A stretch of DNA of 64,000 bases from an uncultured Rikenellaceae bacterium (GTDB lineage Bacteria; Bacteroidota; Bacteroidia; Bacteroidales; VadinHA17). The stretch's first letter is position 1. Every line of letters starts with the position of its first letter. Location of the stretch: NCBI GenBank assembly GCA_964526345.1, contig CAZGKI010000003.1, forward strand, positions 94,625-158,624, read 5' to 3'. The notes below the pieces were generated by a model that was not told the DNA's origin, made no database searches, and saw only the letters and a program-made list of their open reading frames with translations. Shown piece after piece: positions 26,733 to 36,361 of this stretch. A program made the translations under genes and the position numbers.

Positions 26733-29342
26733 ATGGAAGATTTTGAACTGGAGATTGAAAAACCTGAGGATGATGAAAGCACTCCCCTTGGACCTGAAGC
26801 CCTTCATTCGGTAACAGCCCTGTCGGGCATGTATCAGGACTGGTTCCTTGATTATGCTTCCTATGTAATTCTCGAACGTGCTGTCCCTGACCTTTTCGAC
26901 GGGCTTAAACCGGTTCAGAGACGTATTCTCCATTCCATGAAAAGGATGGATGACGGCAGATTCAATAAAGTTGCCAACATCATCGGCCATACCATGCAGT
27001 TCCATCCACATGGCGATGCCTCGATAGGTGATGCACTGGTACAGCTTGGTCAGAAGGATCTTCTTGTTGATATACAGGGTAACTGGGGAAACCTTCTTAC
27101 CGGCGATGGAGCAGCTGCTCCCCGTTATATAGAGGCCAGGTTATCAAAATTTGCCCTCGAGGTTGTCTTTAATCCCAAGACCACAGAGTGGAAGCTGTCG
27201 TACGACGGGCGTAATAAAGAGCCGGTAACTCTGCCGGTAAAATTCCCATTGCTGCTTGCACTGGGAGTTGAAGGAATCGCTGTGGGACTTGCCTCAAAAA
27301 TACTACCTCATAATTTCCTTGAGCTTATAGACGCTTCGATAGATTATCTGCAGGGTAAAGACTTTGTTCTTTATCCCGACTTCCCGACTGGCGGAATGAT
27401 AGATGTATCGAGATACAACGACGGGAAAAGGGGTGGAGTTGTTAAGGTCAGGTCAAAGATTGAAAAACTCGATAAAAAAGCCCTGGTGATCACTGAGATA
27501 CCTTATGGAAAGACAACCACGACCCTAATCGAATCGATTATCAAAGCCAGCGAAAAGGGAAAGATCAAGATCAGAAAAATTGACGATAATACTTCCGCTA
27601 ATGTTGAAATTGTAATTCATCTGATGCCCGGCGTATCGCCCGATAAAACCATTGATGCCCTTTACGCTCTCACTGATTGTGAATACTCCATTTCTCCAAA
27701 TACATGTATAATCACAGACAACAAGCCTTCCTTCATGGGGGTAAGCACTATCCTCAGACATTGCGCAGATAGAACAGTGGAATTGCTTAAGACAGAGCTT
27801 GAGATCAGGAAAGGAGAATTGCAGGAAGAATGGCATATGTCGTCGCTTGAAAAGATCTTTATTGAAGAAAGGATTTACCGCGATATTGAGGAATGTGAGA
27901 CATGGGAAGCAGTGATCAAAGCTATCGACGACGGACTTAAACCATTTAAGAAAAGGCTCTTACGGGAAGTGACCCGTGAAGATATCATTCAGCTGACCGA
28001 GATAAAAATCAAACGTATTTCAAAATTTGATGTTAAAAAGGCTGATGAACATATCAAAGGACTTGAAGCTGAGCTTGAGGAAGTAAAGAATCATTTACTT
28101 AACATCATTCCTTTTGCAATAAATTATTTCAGACAGATAAAGAAGAAGTACGGCAAAGGTAAAGAGCGGAAAACAGAGATCAGGAGCTTTGATACCATAC
28201 AGGTTACAAAAGTTGTGGCAAATAACGCCAAGCTGTACATCAACTATAAAGAGGGTTTTGTTGGTACAGGTCTGAAAAAAGATGAATTCGTTTGCGACTG
28301 TTCTGATATAGACGATATAATTATAATCAGAAAAAATGGTGTCTACCTGATCACTAAAGTTGCTGAAAAAGTTTTTGTTGGAAATGATGTCCTTTATGCC
28401 CAGATATTCGGGAAAAATGATGAACGCACCATTTACAACATAGTGTATCAGGATGGAAAAGATGGGCCGCTGCTGGTAAAAAGATGTGCTATAACAGGGC
28501 TTACACGCGATAAGGAATATAACCTCACACGGGGGGCGCCCGGTTCCAGAATAATATATTTCTCTGCTAATCCAAATGGTGAAGCTGAAGTCATCAGAGT
28601 ACATCATAAGCCAAAAGCCCACCTTAAAAAGCTTGTTTTTGAATTTGATTTCGGCCAGCTGACCATAAAGGGCAAATCATCTATGGGTAATATACTTACA
28701 AAGAATGCTATACATAAGATTGCATTGAAGGAAAAGGGCCTTTCAACACTTGGCGGTAGAAAAATATGGTTTGATGATGCGGTATTAAGGCTGAATGTCG
28801 ATGGAAGGGGCAATTATCTCGGGGAGTTCGGCGGCGATGATAAGATACTTGTCATTACTAAAGACGGTTTTTTCAGGCATACAGGCTTTGATTTGTCAAA
28901 CCATTTTGAAGAAAATATCCTTATAATAGAAAAATTCAGGCTGGGAAAAGTTTATTCAGTTGTCTACTGGGACGCTGAGCAGAAATATTATTATGTCAAA
29001 AGATTCATGATAGAGGAATCGGAAAAACCTCAATGTTTTATCAGTGAAGATCCGGAATCGAAGCTTATAAGCATTACTGAAGTTGAGTATCCACGCTTAG
29101 AGATAGAATTTGGCGGGAAGCATATAAATCGTGAGAAGGAGATAATTGAAGTAGCTGAATTCATAGGTGTTAAGAGTTATAAAGCAAAAGGGAAAAGACT
29201 AACAAGTTATATGGTTGACAATATCCATGAAATTGAACCGGTTGTTAAAAAAGAAACCAGTGCTTCTGATGCAAACAAGGAGGAAGAGAACCATGTTAAA
29301 CCATCTGATGAGGATCCTGCACAGATGAAACTGGAACTGTAA
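26733..29342 (+). CDS. parC: DNA topoisomerase IV subunit A
   Basis: 869 aa with LKPVQRRILHSM, HPHGD and the catalytic-Tyr block AAPRYIEARL. Calling it ParC rather than GyrA rests on the pairing with the short B subunit. Confidence 0.85.
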   Translation: MEDFELEIEKPEDDESTPLGPEALHSVTALSGMYQDWFLDYASYVILERAVPDLFDGLKPVQRRILHSMKRMDDGRFNKVANIIGHTMQFHPHGDASIGDALVQLGQKDLLVDIQGNWGNLLTGDGAAAPRYIEARLSKFALEVVFNPKTTEWKLSYDGRNKEPVTLPVKFPLLLALGVEGIAVGLASKILPHNFLELIDASIDYLQGKDFVLYPDFPTGGMIDVSRYNDGKRGGVVKVRSKIEKLDKKALVITEIPYGKTTTTLIESIIKASEKGKIKIRKIDDNTSANVEIVIHLMPGVSPDKTIDALYALTDCEYSISPNTCIITDNKPSFMGVSTILRHCADRTVELLKTELEIRKGELQEEWHMSSLEKIFIEERIYRDIEECETWEAVIKAIDDGLKPFKKRLLREVTREDIIQLTEIKIKRISKFDVKKADEHIKGLEAELEEVKNHLLNIIPFAINYFRQIKKKYGKGKERKTEIRSFDTIQVTKVVANNAKLYINYKEGFVGTGLKKDEFVCDCSDIDDIIIIRKNGVYLITKVAEKVFVGNDVLYAQIFGKNDERTIYNIVYQDGKDGPLLVKRCAITGLTRDKEYNLTRGAPGSRIIYFSANPNGEAEVIRVHHKPKAHLKKLVFEFDFGQLTIKGKSSMGNILTKNAIHKIALKEKGLSTLGGRKIWFDDAVLRLNVDGRGNYLGEFGGDDKILVITKDGFFRHTGFDLSNHFEENILIIEKFRLGKVYSVVYWDAEQKYYYVKRFMIEESEKPQCFISEDPESKLISITEVEYPRLEIEFGGKHINREKEIIEVAEFIGVKSYKAKGKRLTSYMVDNIHEIEPVVKKETSASDANKEEENHVKPSDEDPAQMKLEL

Positions 29343-29866
29343 TGTCAAAAAAGCATATTATCTATATTATTGGTTTTATGGGCAGCGGTAAGTCTACTGC
29401 CGGGAAAAAGCTTGCAGCTTCAATGGGGTGGAATTTCATTGACCTGGACCGTAAAATTGAGGAAATTGAAGGCATAGCTATCCCGGATATATTCTCACGC
29501 GATGGAGAGGAACATTTCAGAATGATTGAAGCCAGGGTTTTGAAAAGCATGGGATCATTAACTGATACAGTAATTTCAACTGGTGGAGGAGCACCTTGCC
29601 ATGGTGATAATATGGATTTTATGCTGAAAACAGGATTGACAATATATCTGAAACTGACCCCCGGACAGCTGACAACCCGTCTTCTTGAATCATCTGGCGA
29701 AAGACCATTGATCAAAAATGTACCTGATGATGAGCTCAGAGGGTTTATTGAAAAAAAGCTTGCGCAACGTGAAAAATGGTATAACATGGCTGGCGTAATC
29801 GTGGAAGGTATTAACCTGGATATGAGTCTTCTGCGTTCATTGATACATTCAAACAGAGAAATCTGA
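29342..29866 (+). CDS. aroK: Shikimate kinase
   Basis: 174 aa with the P-loop GFMGSGKST and STGGG. Its ATG overlaps the parC stop (TAATG). Confidence 0.88.
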   Translation: MSKKHIIYIIGFMGSGKSTAGKKLAASMGWNFIDLDRKIEEIEGIAIPDIFSRDGEEHFRMIEARVLKSMGSLTDTVISTGGGAPCHGDNMDFMLKTGLTIYLKLTPGQLTTRLLESSGERPLIKNVPDDELRGFIEKKLAQREKWYNMAGVIVEGINLDMSLLRSLIHSNREI

Positions 29867-30001
29867 TTTAACTGTTTTTTAGAAATATATATTGTCTTAT
29901 ATCAAGCTTGTGCGGCTTTTCGTCAAAAAAAAATATTGACAGTAATGCAAATAAGATTAAATTACTAATTTTAGTGTGCATTAATCTAGCAGAGGAATCT
30001 T

Positions 30002-33000
30002 ATGAAAGACAGATTGTTTACACTTCTGGGAATCGAGCCAGGTGAGGAATCAATGGTCTCAATGCTCCTGACCCAGTCTGTTTTTCTGGGTATTTTTTTC
30101 GGAACTTTCGATATTAGTGCTCATTCTCTTTTCCTTTCCATATTTGATGAAAAAATGATGGCCAGGGGGTATGTAGTATCCGGACTTGCAGGTATCATAC
30201 TCACAACAATTTATACACGGCTTCAAACCAGATTGATATTCAGAGAGTTTGCAACAATAAACCTTATTTTTGTTACTCTGCTTACCTTTGTTCTTTGGTT
30301 TTTGCTTTTGCTGGCGCCTTCACACTGGGTTGTTTTCATGGTATTCATTTTACTTGGTCCCCTTAATATTCTTGCCATGCTTGGTTTCTGGGGTACTACC
30401 GGGCGTATATTTACACTCCGTCAGGGAAAACGTCTGTTCAATCTTGTTGATGCAGGGTTAATCATCGGTATCATCATCAGCTGTTATGCAATTCCTATGT
30501 TACTCTCGTTGAACTTCAAGTCTCATAATATTCTGCTTATCAGCGCTGCGGCATTAATGGCCGGTAGTGTCATCCAGATGCTGATAGGGAAACGCTTTCT
30601 CAAAGAGTCGGTGAAAAGCAGTTCGATATCGGAAAGTTTTTCAAAAAAGAGATCGGTGTTTGTTCAGTTTCGCTACGACCGATATATCAGGATTATGGGG
30701 ATATTTATTGCTTTGTCGGTAATGACGGCATTTTTTGTTCAGTATTCATTCATGGCTGTTACGAGGGAACAATATCCTGCCGAAGTAGATATGGCTCGCT
30801 TCCTGGGTTTTTTTATCGGCAGTATGATGATCTTTACTTTACTCATCAAGTTACTTGTATTCTCTTATCTGATAAGAAATTATGGCCTGAAAACTTGTCT
30901 TGTATTATCCCCGGTGCTTGTTGCTGCTTTCACAGTTGTTGCTGTTCTGATAGGAATGCTCATGGGTTATACACCTGCCTCCAGCGGGTTTATGCTCTTC
31001 TTTATGCTCCTTGCACTCAGCCGGCTTTTTTCAAGATCTCTTAAAGATTCTATTGAGTTGCCTTCATGTAAAGTTATATATCAGACTATTGATGAAAATA
31101 TCCGTTTCGAGGTACAATCCGGATTGAATGGTACGGTCAATGAAATTGCAGCATTATCTTCGGGACTTCTTCTAGCTTTCCTTGGCATAATAAGTTTCAT
31201 TAAGCTTATTCACTTCTCGCTTGTACTTTTTATTATTACTATCCTGTGGGTATTAGTGGCGACAAAGCTGTATTCCGGATACAGGAAATCGATCAGAGAA
31301 GCGCTGGAATCTGGAAGGGATACTCGGGCGGAAAGAATTAATAATGGCAAACCGGCTGATTTTAAGAACAGATTCGCAGCAGGCATGACCTTCAGGAGAG
31401 AATATTTTGACCTGATTTCCGGTAATAAGACCAGCGAGGAACTTAAAAATAATGAACTGTTGCGCAACCTGATACTTGAATATGCAGATGCTGAAAAAGA
31501 TATCAACCTGTTACCTGTTGTAAAAAGTATTTCTGCTGACCCGGCTTCGGAAGATGAACGTCAGCGGTCGTTGATTGTGGTTGAAAACCTGAAATATATT
31601 TTATCTTCTGTACATAAAAAGTTTGATAAAATACTGGATGCCCAAAAGATGCTGGCCGATTCGAGGCAGCCTCAGACAACACATATTTTAAGGCTTCTCC
31701 GCGAAAAATCCGTTGAGTCAAGGAAGCTCGGGATTTATATGATCGGTAAATTCAGGTTTGCAGATTTGATACCGGAGGTTTGTTCCTGTTTAAATAACCC
31801 TGAAACAAATGTCCCTGCTACGGCTGTTCTGAAAAGTTTTGGCAATGAGGCAACTCAGGAACTTGAACGATATTTTATGAAGTCATCAGGGAATACCAGG
31901 ATAAGCAAGACGATCCTTCAGCTTCTTGGTGATGACTGCAGAATTGAAAATATGAACTTTTTATTTCTGTGCTTATGGTCAAGTTCAAGGCAGATAAGAG
32001 AAATAGCACTCAAATATCTTATCAGTTGCAAATTTAAAGCCCCTGATGAAGATAAGGATCGTCTGCACCAGCTGATTTCTGATGTTATAGGGGTGATGGT
32101 TTGGAACCTCTCAGCAAGGATCTCTCTTCAGCGGCGAAGTGATAAATTATTACTCGAAGCTCTGGAACTGGAAATAGCAGGATGGAATACATTTTTGTTT
32201 AACCTCCTCTCAATTACTTATGACCCCGGCTCTGTACAACGTATCAGGGAGAACCTTGAAAGCGGAACAGTTGAAAGTTTAAATTTTGCACTTGAAATAA
32301 TTGATATAGTCATAGATGAAGTGATAAAACCTAAACTGATTCCACTACTTGATATTATCTCCGACGAGGAGAAAGTAAAAAGTCTTTATCAGTTTTATCC
32401 TGGTGAAGTGCCGGTATATGATAAACTTGTCGAGGATATTATAAACCGCGATTATAATCTTTTCGGAATCTGGATCAGGGCCTGTGCCATAAGAAACATA
32501 CCTCAGGTTGAAAATGAAAATCTTGCTGAATCACTTGTCGCTCTTATGTTTAGTCCGGAAATAATACTTCAGGAAGAATCAGCTAGACTGATTAATCGAT
32601 CGGGGAAAGAGTTATATAAATCAGCATCCCGGAGATTACCGGAAATTACTAAAGAAAGACTGGACAGGATAGTAAATTATGAGACTTTTACGGAAGAAAT
32701 GGTTTATGAAAAGGTCATGTTTCTTTCCGGCTTTATTCCAGGGGCAAGTAAGGATAACTTGCTTTATCTTGCTGAATCACTTGAGTTCCGCAAAAAAAAT
32801 CAGTTCGACCAATTAGCGGTCAATGGTTATATCATGTGGTCCCAAAAAAAGGGAGAAACGGATTTTAATGTTGAAATAATTTATGAACCGACAGGCAATG
32901 AAGGAGGGAATGAAGAAAAAGAATCCGGCAGTTTCTATTATCTTCCTCTTAAGACCCTGGAAGAATTCCTTAATCAGAATCCGGAATTTAGTAATGAATT

Positions 33001-33031
33001 TAACAAGTTAATTGAGGCTTCAGGGAAATGA
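30002..33031 (+). CDS. 12-TM transporter-like protein (MFS or ATP:ADP-antiporter-like) fused to a large HEAT/ARM-like helical region and a C-terminal cNMP-binding-like segment
   Basis: 1009 aa. About 12 hydrophobic helices occupy residues 1-425. The remainder is alpha-helical with HEAT-like repeats (ESRKLGIYMIGKFRFADLIPEVCSCLNNPE...). The tail EKVMFLSGFIPGASKDNLLYLAESLEFRK resembles the start of a cyclic-nucleotide-binding domain. Confidence 0.55.
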   Translation: MKDRLFTLLGIEPGEESMVSMLLTQSVFLGIFFGTFDISAHSLFLSIFDEKMMARGYVVSGLAGIILTTIYTRLQTRLIFREFATINLIFVTLLTFVLWFLLLLAPSHWVVFMVFILLGPLNILAMLGFWGTTGRIFTLRQGKRLFNLVDAGLIIGIIISCYAIPMLLSLNFKSHNILLISAAALMAGSVIQMLIGKRFLKESVKSSSISESFSKKRSVFVQFRYDRYIRIMGIFIALSVMTAFFVQYSFMAVTREQYPAEVDMARFLGFFIGSMMIFTLLIKLLVFSYLIRNYGLKTCLVLSPVLVAAFTVVAVLIGMLMGYTPASSGFMLFFMLLALSRLFSRSLKDSIELPSCKVIYQTIDENIRFEVQSGLNGTVNEIAALSSGLLLAFLGIISFIKLIHFSLVLFIITILWVLVATKLYSGYRKSIREALESGRDTRAERINNGKPADFKNRFAAGMTFRREYFDLISGNKTSEELKNNELLRNLILEYADAEKDINLLPVVKSISADPASEDERQRSLIVVENLKYILSSVHKKFDKILDAQKMLADSRQPQTTHILRLLREKSVESRKLGIYMIGKFRFADLIPEVCSCLNNPETNVPATAVLKSFGNEATQELERYFMKSSGNTRISKTILQLLGDDCRIENMNFLFLCLWSSSRQIREIALKYLISCKFKAPDEDKDRLHQLISDVIGVMVWNLSARISLQRRSDKLLLEALELEIAGWNTFLFNLLSITYDPGSVQRIRENLESGTVESLNFALEIIDIVIDEVIKPKLIPLLDIISDEEKVKSLYQFYPGEVPVYDKLVEDIINRDYNLFGIWIRACAIRNIPQVENENLAESLVALMFSPEIILQEESARLINRSGKELYKSASRRLPEITKERLDRIVNYETFTEEMVYEKVMFLSGFIPGASKDNLLYLAESLEFRKKNQFDQLAVNGYIMWSQKKGETDFNVEIIYEPTGNEGGNEEKESGSFYYLPLKTLEEFLNQNPEFSNEFNKLIEASGK

Positions 33032-33118
33032 AGAGGTCTGGAAGGATATTAAACAGAGCAGAGCAGATAAATGATATAAACGTTATAGAGCTTAAAACCA
33101 CAGTCAGTCATTATATTT

Positions 33119-36100
33119 ATGGGATCAATTAAAAATACCACTGATTTCAATCCATTTCCAGGACTAAGACCTTTCGATCCTGAGGATAAAGACCTGTTTT
33201 TTGGTCGTGAATTGGAAAGCACGGAAGTCCTGAAGAAACTACTGAAAAACCGTTTCATTACAGTAACAGGAGGTTCGGGAACCGGTAAATCTTCACTTGT
33301 TTATTGCGGTGTTTTGCCACAACTAATAGAGAAGAGTAACAGTGAATCAGTTTCCTGGAAAGTTATAGCTTTCAGGCCGGGTAATGATCCTTTCAGCAAT
33401 CTTGGAGAGGCTATTTCAGAGAATATCACCGAAAGCGGACTTTCAAAAGTGGGAATAGAAACTATCCTTCTGGATATGCATTTAAACGCCGACGGTATTT
33501 CTTCAGCACTGAAAAAATACTTAATTAAGAATAATGAAAAAGTACTGGTTGTTATTGACCAGTTCGAGGAGCTTTTCAGATACAGCGCTCTGGGTACAGG
33601 CGGCAGCAAGGGCATTCATGCCGCAGAGTTTATTGAGAAAATGGTAAATGCAGTCAATCAGCCAGATTCGGATGTTTATACCATAATAACCATGCGCTCC
33701 GACTTTATCGGAGAATGCGCATATTATCAGGGACTTACACTACTGATCAATAACAGTAATTACCTCGTGCCGCACATGGACCTGCACAATTACAGGCAGG
33801 CAATCGAAGGTCCTGTAAAATATGCCGGAGCAGCAATAGACCCTAAACTTGTTGATACAATTCTTGATGATATCGGGGACAGAACCGACCAGCTTCCGGT
33901 ATTACAGCATGCAATGATGCGAACCTGGACATACTGGCAGGAGATGGATGAACCGGATCGCCCTCTCGGCAACACTGATTATGATGCAGTGGGGACAATG
34001 AGCGATGCCATGTCGAGACATGCCAATGAGGCATTTGAAGAGGTTGATCAGCATGGTAAGGAGATCTGTGAGAAAATGTTCAAGACCATTACAGAAAAGG
34101 GACCTGATAATAAGGGGATACGTCATCCTTCAAGTGTGGCAACTATTAAATCCATAGTGCATTGTTCCAGTGAAGAACTTTTTAATATTATCGAAAAATT
34201 CAGAAGTCCCTCAAGATCCTTTATAACCCCGCGTCACAACATTCCTTTGAGCGATGATTCGATTATTGACCTCTCTCACGAAAGCCTGATGAGGTTGTGG
34301 GATCGGTTGCGGGGATGGGTTGATGACGAAGCTGCATCGGTGCAGATGTACCTGCGTCTTTCAGAAGCATCGGCAATGTATCAGCAGGGTAAGACAAGCC
34401 TCTGGCGATCCCCTGATCTTCAGCTTGCAATAAACTGGAGAGATCAGCAGAAACCTACTCTTTCATGGGCACAGAGATATGATCCTGCTTTTGAAAGGGC
34501 AATGGTTTATCTCAGGACCAGCGAAAAGAAGTACCTAGAAGAGGAAGAAAGAAAATTAAGGCTTCAGAAAAAAAAGGTTCGAAGAACAAAGTTCATTGCT
34601 TCGATTTTTGGAACTGCTGCAATTATTTCTGTCGGATTTATGCTTTTCGCCTTCATACAGAGAATAGCGGCTGACAGGGAGACTAAAATTGCTGAACAAC
34701 AAAGGGCTGAGGCCGAACTGCAAAAGGCTAAAGCAGATTCAAATGCTGTTGAAGCCGCAAATCAGCGAACTCTGGCTTTAACAAATGCCACAATTGCTGA
34801 ACAGAGGGCTGAAGAGGCCAAGATAGAAAAGGAAAATGCGGAAAGAGGAAGGCAATTAGCTGAGCATAATACCGCACTGGCGCAAAAGAATGAAAAATTT
34901 GCCGTTCAGCAGACAGATTCAGCTATCATGGCCAAAGACCTGGCCCTGGAAAATGAAAAACAGGCAAAAGAACAAAGTATAGAAGCATTGCGACTGAGAA
35001 TGCTTTCAATAGGTAAATCAATGGCGGTAAGATCGTTGCAGATGCAAGGGCAGAAAGATTTGCAGGCATTGCTTGCATACCAGGCTTATTTGTTTAATAA
35101 ACGAAACGACGGGTTTGAGAATGACGCTGATATTTTTAGCGGCCTCTACCATGTGGCAGTTCAATACGGGAACCAGGATTACAAATCTCTTATGGGACAT
35201 AAAGGTCAGGTAACAGGCATTGCATTTGTTCCGGGTAAAAGAGAATTTTATACCGCAGGCGATGACGGACAGGTACTTAAATGGTCACTGGACGGACAGG
35301 TCAATACTTATCAGGTTATTTATTCCAATCATGAGATCATTGACGTTCTTGCAATAAGCCCTGATGCTTCATGGCTGGCATGCGGGAGCTTGAATTCCTC
35401 AATAAGGATGATTCCGCTCAAGGGCAACAACATGCAATATGAACTGAAAGGGCATACCGGGAAAATAACATCACTCATTTTTTCATTCGACGGAAAGTAT
35501 TTGTATTCTGCCTCACTGGACGGGAAAGTCCTGAAATGGGATATGGCAACGCGGACAAGTAAAGATGTGAATACTGAAGCTACGCAGATAACTTCCATCG
35601 ATATTTCTTCCAACGGGAATTACCTGGCCGGAATCAGTAAAGACGGCAATGTAATAGTATGGAATCCTGAAAGCAATGAAGACAATTTCAGAGTTGAAAC
35701 TTCCCTGAAACATATTACGGCTATTCGTTTCAAACCCGATGAAAACAAACTTGCACTTGGTGATATTAACGGAAATGTTGAGCTGTGGGATATTAATACA
35801 CATAAAAGGATCTCTGCGGTCAAGGCGCATACGGCCCAGGTAAATGATATTCAGTTTAATCCTATACTGAACCAGATGGCTACTGCAAGTAATGATAAAA
35901 CATTGAAGATCTTTAATATAAAGGATATGGCCGACCTTACAGAAGCTCCAATCACGTTCACAGACAATGACGGTTTTGTACTTGTCATACAATTCAGTCC
36001 CGACGGACAGCTTATTGTTGCAGGCGGGTATGTAGCCACCAATAACCTTGTCTGCAGGCCCGTTCGTACTGACAACCTGGTTAAAGATATCTGTACGCTT

Positions 36101-36214
36101 GTTTCAAGGAATATGACACAGGATGAATGGAATGCATATGTTGCTAAAGATATCCCTCTGGAAGAGACCTGTTCAGAGAAGGGTTATAATATTAAAGTCA
36201 ATGTAGTGCAATAA
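33119..36214 (+). CDS. nSTAND1-type STAND P-loop NTPase with a TM helix, coiled coil and 7-bladed WD40 propeller
   Basis: 1031 aa. It has the N-terminal NPFPGLRPFDPEDKDLFFGRE, Walker A GGSGTGKSS, Walker B VLVVIDQFEELF, and LSHESLMRLWDRLRGWVDDE. The TM helix FIASIFGTAAIISVGFMLFAFIQ lies at nt 34592-34660, followed by an A/E/Q-rich coiled coil. Seven WD repeats follow (e.g. GHKGQVTGIAF...LKWSL, GHTGKITSLIF...LKWDM). Confidence 0.8.
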   Translation: MGSIKNTTDFNPFPGLRPFDPEDKDLFFGRELESTEVLKKLLKNRFITVTGGSGTGKSSLVYCGVLPQLIEKSNSESVSWKVIAFRPGNDPFSNLGEAISENITESGLSKVGIETILLDMHLNADGISSALKKYLIKNNEKVLVVIDQFEELFRYSALGTGGSKGIHAAEFIEKMVNAVNQPDSDVYTIITMRSDFIGECAYYQGLTLLINNSNYLVPHMDLHNYRQAIEGPVKYAGAAIDPKLVDTILDDIGDRTDQLPVLQHAMMRTWTYWQEMDEPDRPLGNTDYDAVGTMSDAMSRHANEAFEEVDQHGKEICEKMFKTITEKGPDNKGIRHPSSVATIKSIVHCSSEELFNIIEKFRSPSRSFITPRHNIPLSDDSIIDLSHESLMRLWDRLRGWVDDEAASVQMYLRLSEASAMYQQGKTSLWRSPDLQLAINWRDQQKPTLSWAQRYDPAFERAMVYLRTSEKKYLEEEERKLRLQKKKVRRTKFIASIFGTAAIISVGFMLFAFIQRIAADRETKIAEQQRAEAELQKAKADSNAVEAANQRTLALTNATIAEQRAEEAKIEKENAERGRQLAEHNTALAQKNEKFAVQQTDSAIMAKDLALENEKQAKEQSIEALRLRMLSIGKSMAVRSLQMQGQKDLQALLAYQAYLFNKRNDGFENDADIFSGLYHVAVQYGNQDYKSLMGHKGQVTGIAFVPGKREFYTAGDDGQVLKWSLDGQVNTYQVIYSNHEIIDVLAISPDASWLACGSLNSSIRMIPLKGNNMQYELKGHTGKITSLIFSFDGKYLYSASLDGKVLKWDMATRTSKDVNTEATQITSIDISSNGNYLAGISKDGNVIVWNPESNEDNFRVETSLKHITAIRFKPDENKLALGDINGNVELWDINTHKRISAVKAHTAQVNDIQFNPILNQMATASNDKTLKIFNIKDMADLTEAPITFTDNDGFVLVIQFSPDGQLIVAGGYVATNNLVCRPVRTDNLVKDICTLVSRNMTQDEWNAYVAKDIPLEETCSEKGYNIKVNVVQ

Positions 36215-36284
36215 ATATAATCTGGAAAATCTTAAATAGTTACAGGATAGAATCGCCTGAATTTTCTATAACTTAATTTTTACC

Positions 36285-36292
36285 TAACTTTG
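36285..36292 (+). promoter_or_regulatory. Candidate -7 box (TAACTTTG) for gpmI
   Basis: Exact TAnnTTTG, 69 nt upstream of the gpmI ATG. The leader contains the hairpin GTACCCT-gaaca-AGGGTAC (36305-36323). Confidence 0.35.
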
Positions 36293-36361
36293 CGCCGCAT
36301 TCAGGTACCCTGAACAAGGGTACTTCGTTTTATGTTTATGTATTAAAATAGCATTATAAAA

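Noticed and set aside
26508-27011. 167-aa minus-strand ORF spanning the parE/parC junction
   Set aside because: It is antisense to two strongly supported topoisomerase genes and has no recognisable motifs. This is a typical shadow ORF.
35513-35992. 159-aa minus-strand ORF. Similar long antisense ORFs lie at 28095..28622, 37217..37687, 39618..40085, 23116..23562, 12399..12794 and 8186..8611.
   Set aside because: All lie entirely within, and antisense to, long ORFs with clear family motifs. They are treated as shadow ORFs.
33119-36214. Calling the STAND protein an Avs-type antiviral defence gene
   Set aside because: No nuclease, protease, TIR or other effector domain is fused. The sensor is a WD40 propeller rather than the TPR-like sensors of characterised Avs proteins. 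A defence role remains speculative and is reported only as a hypothesis.
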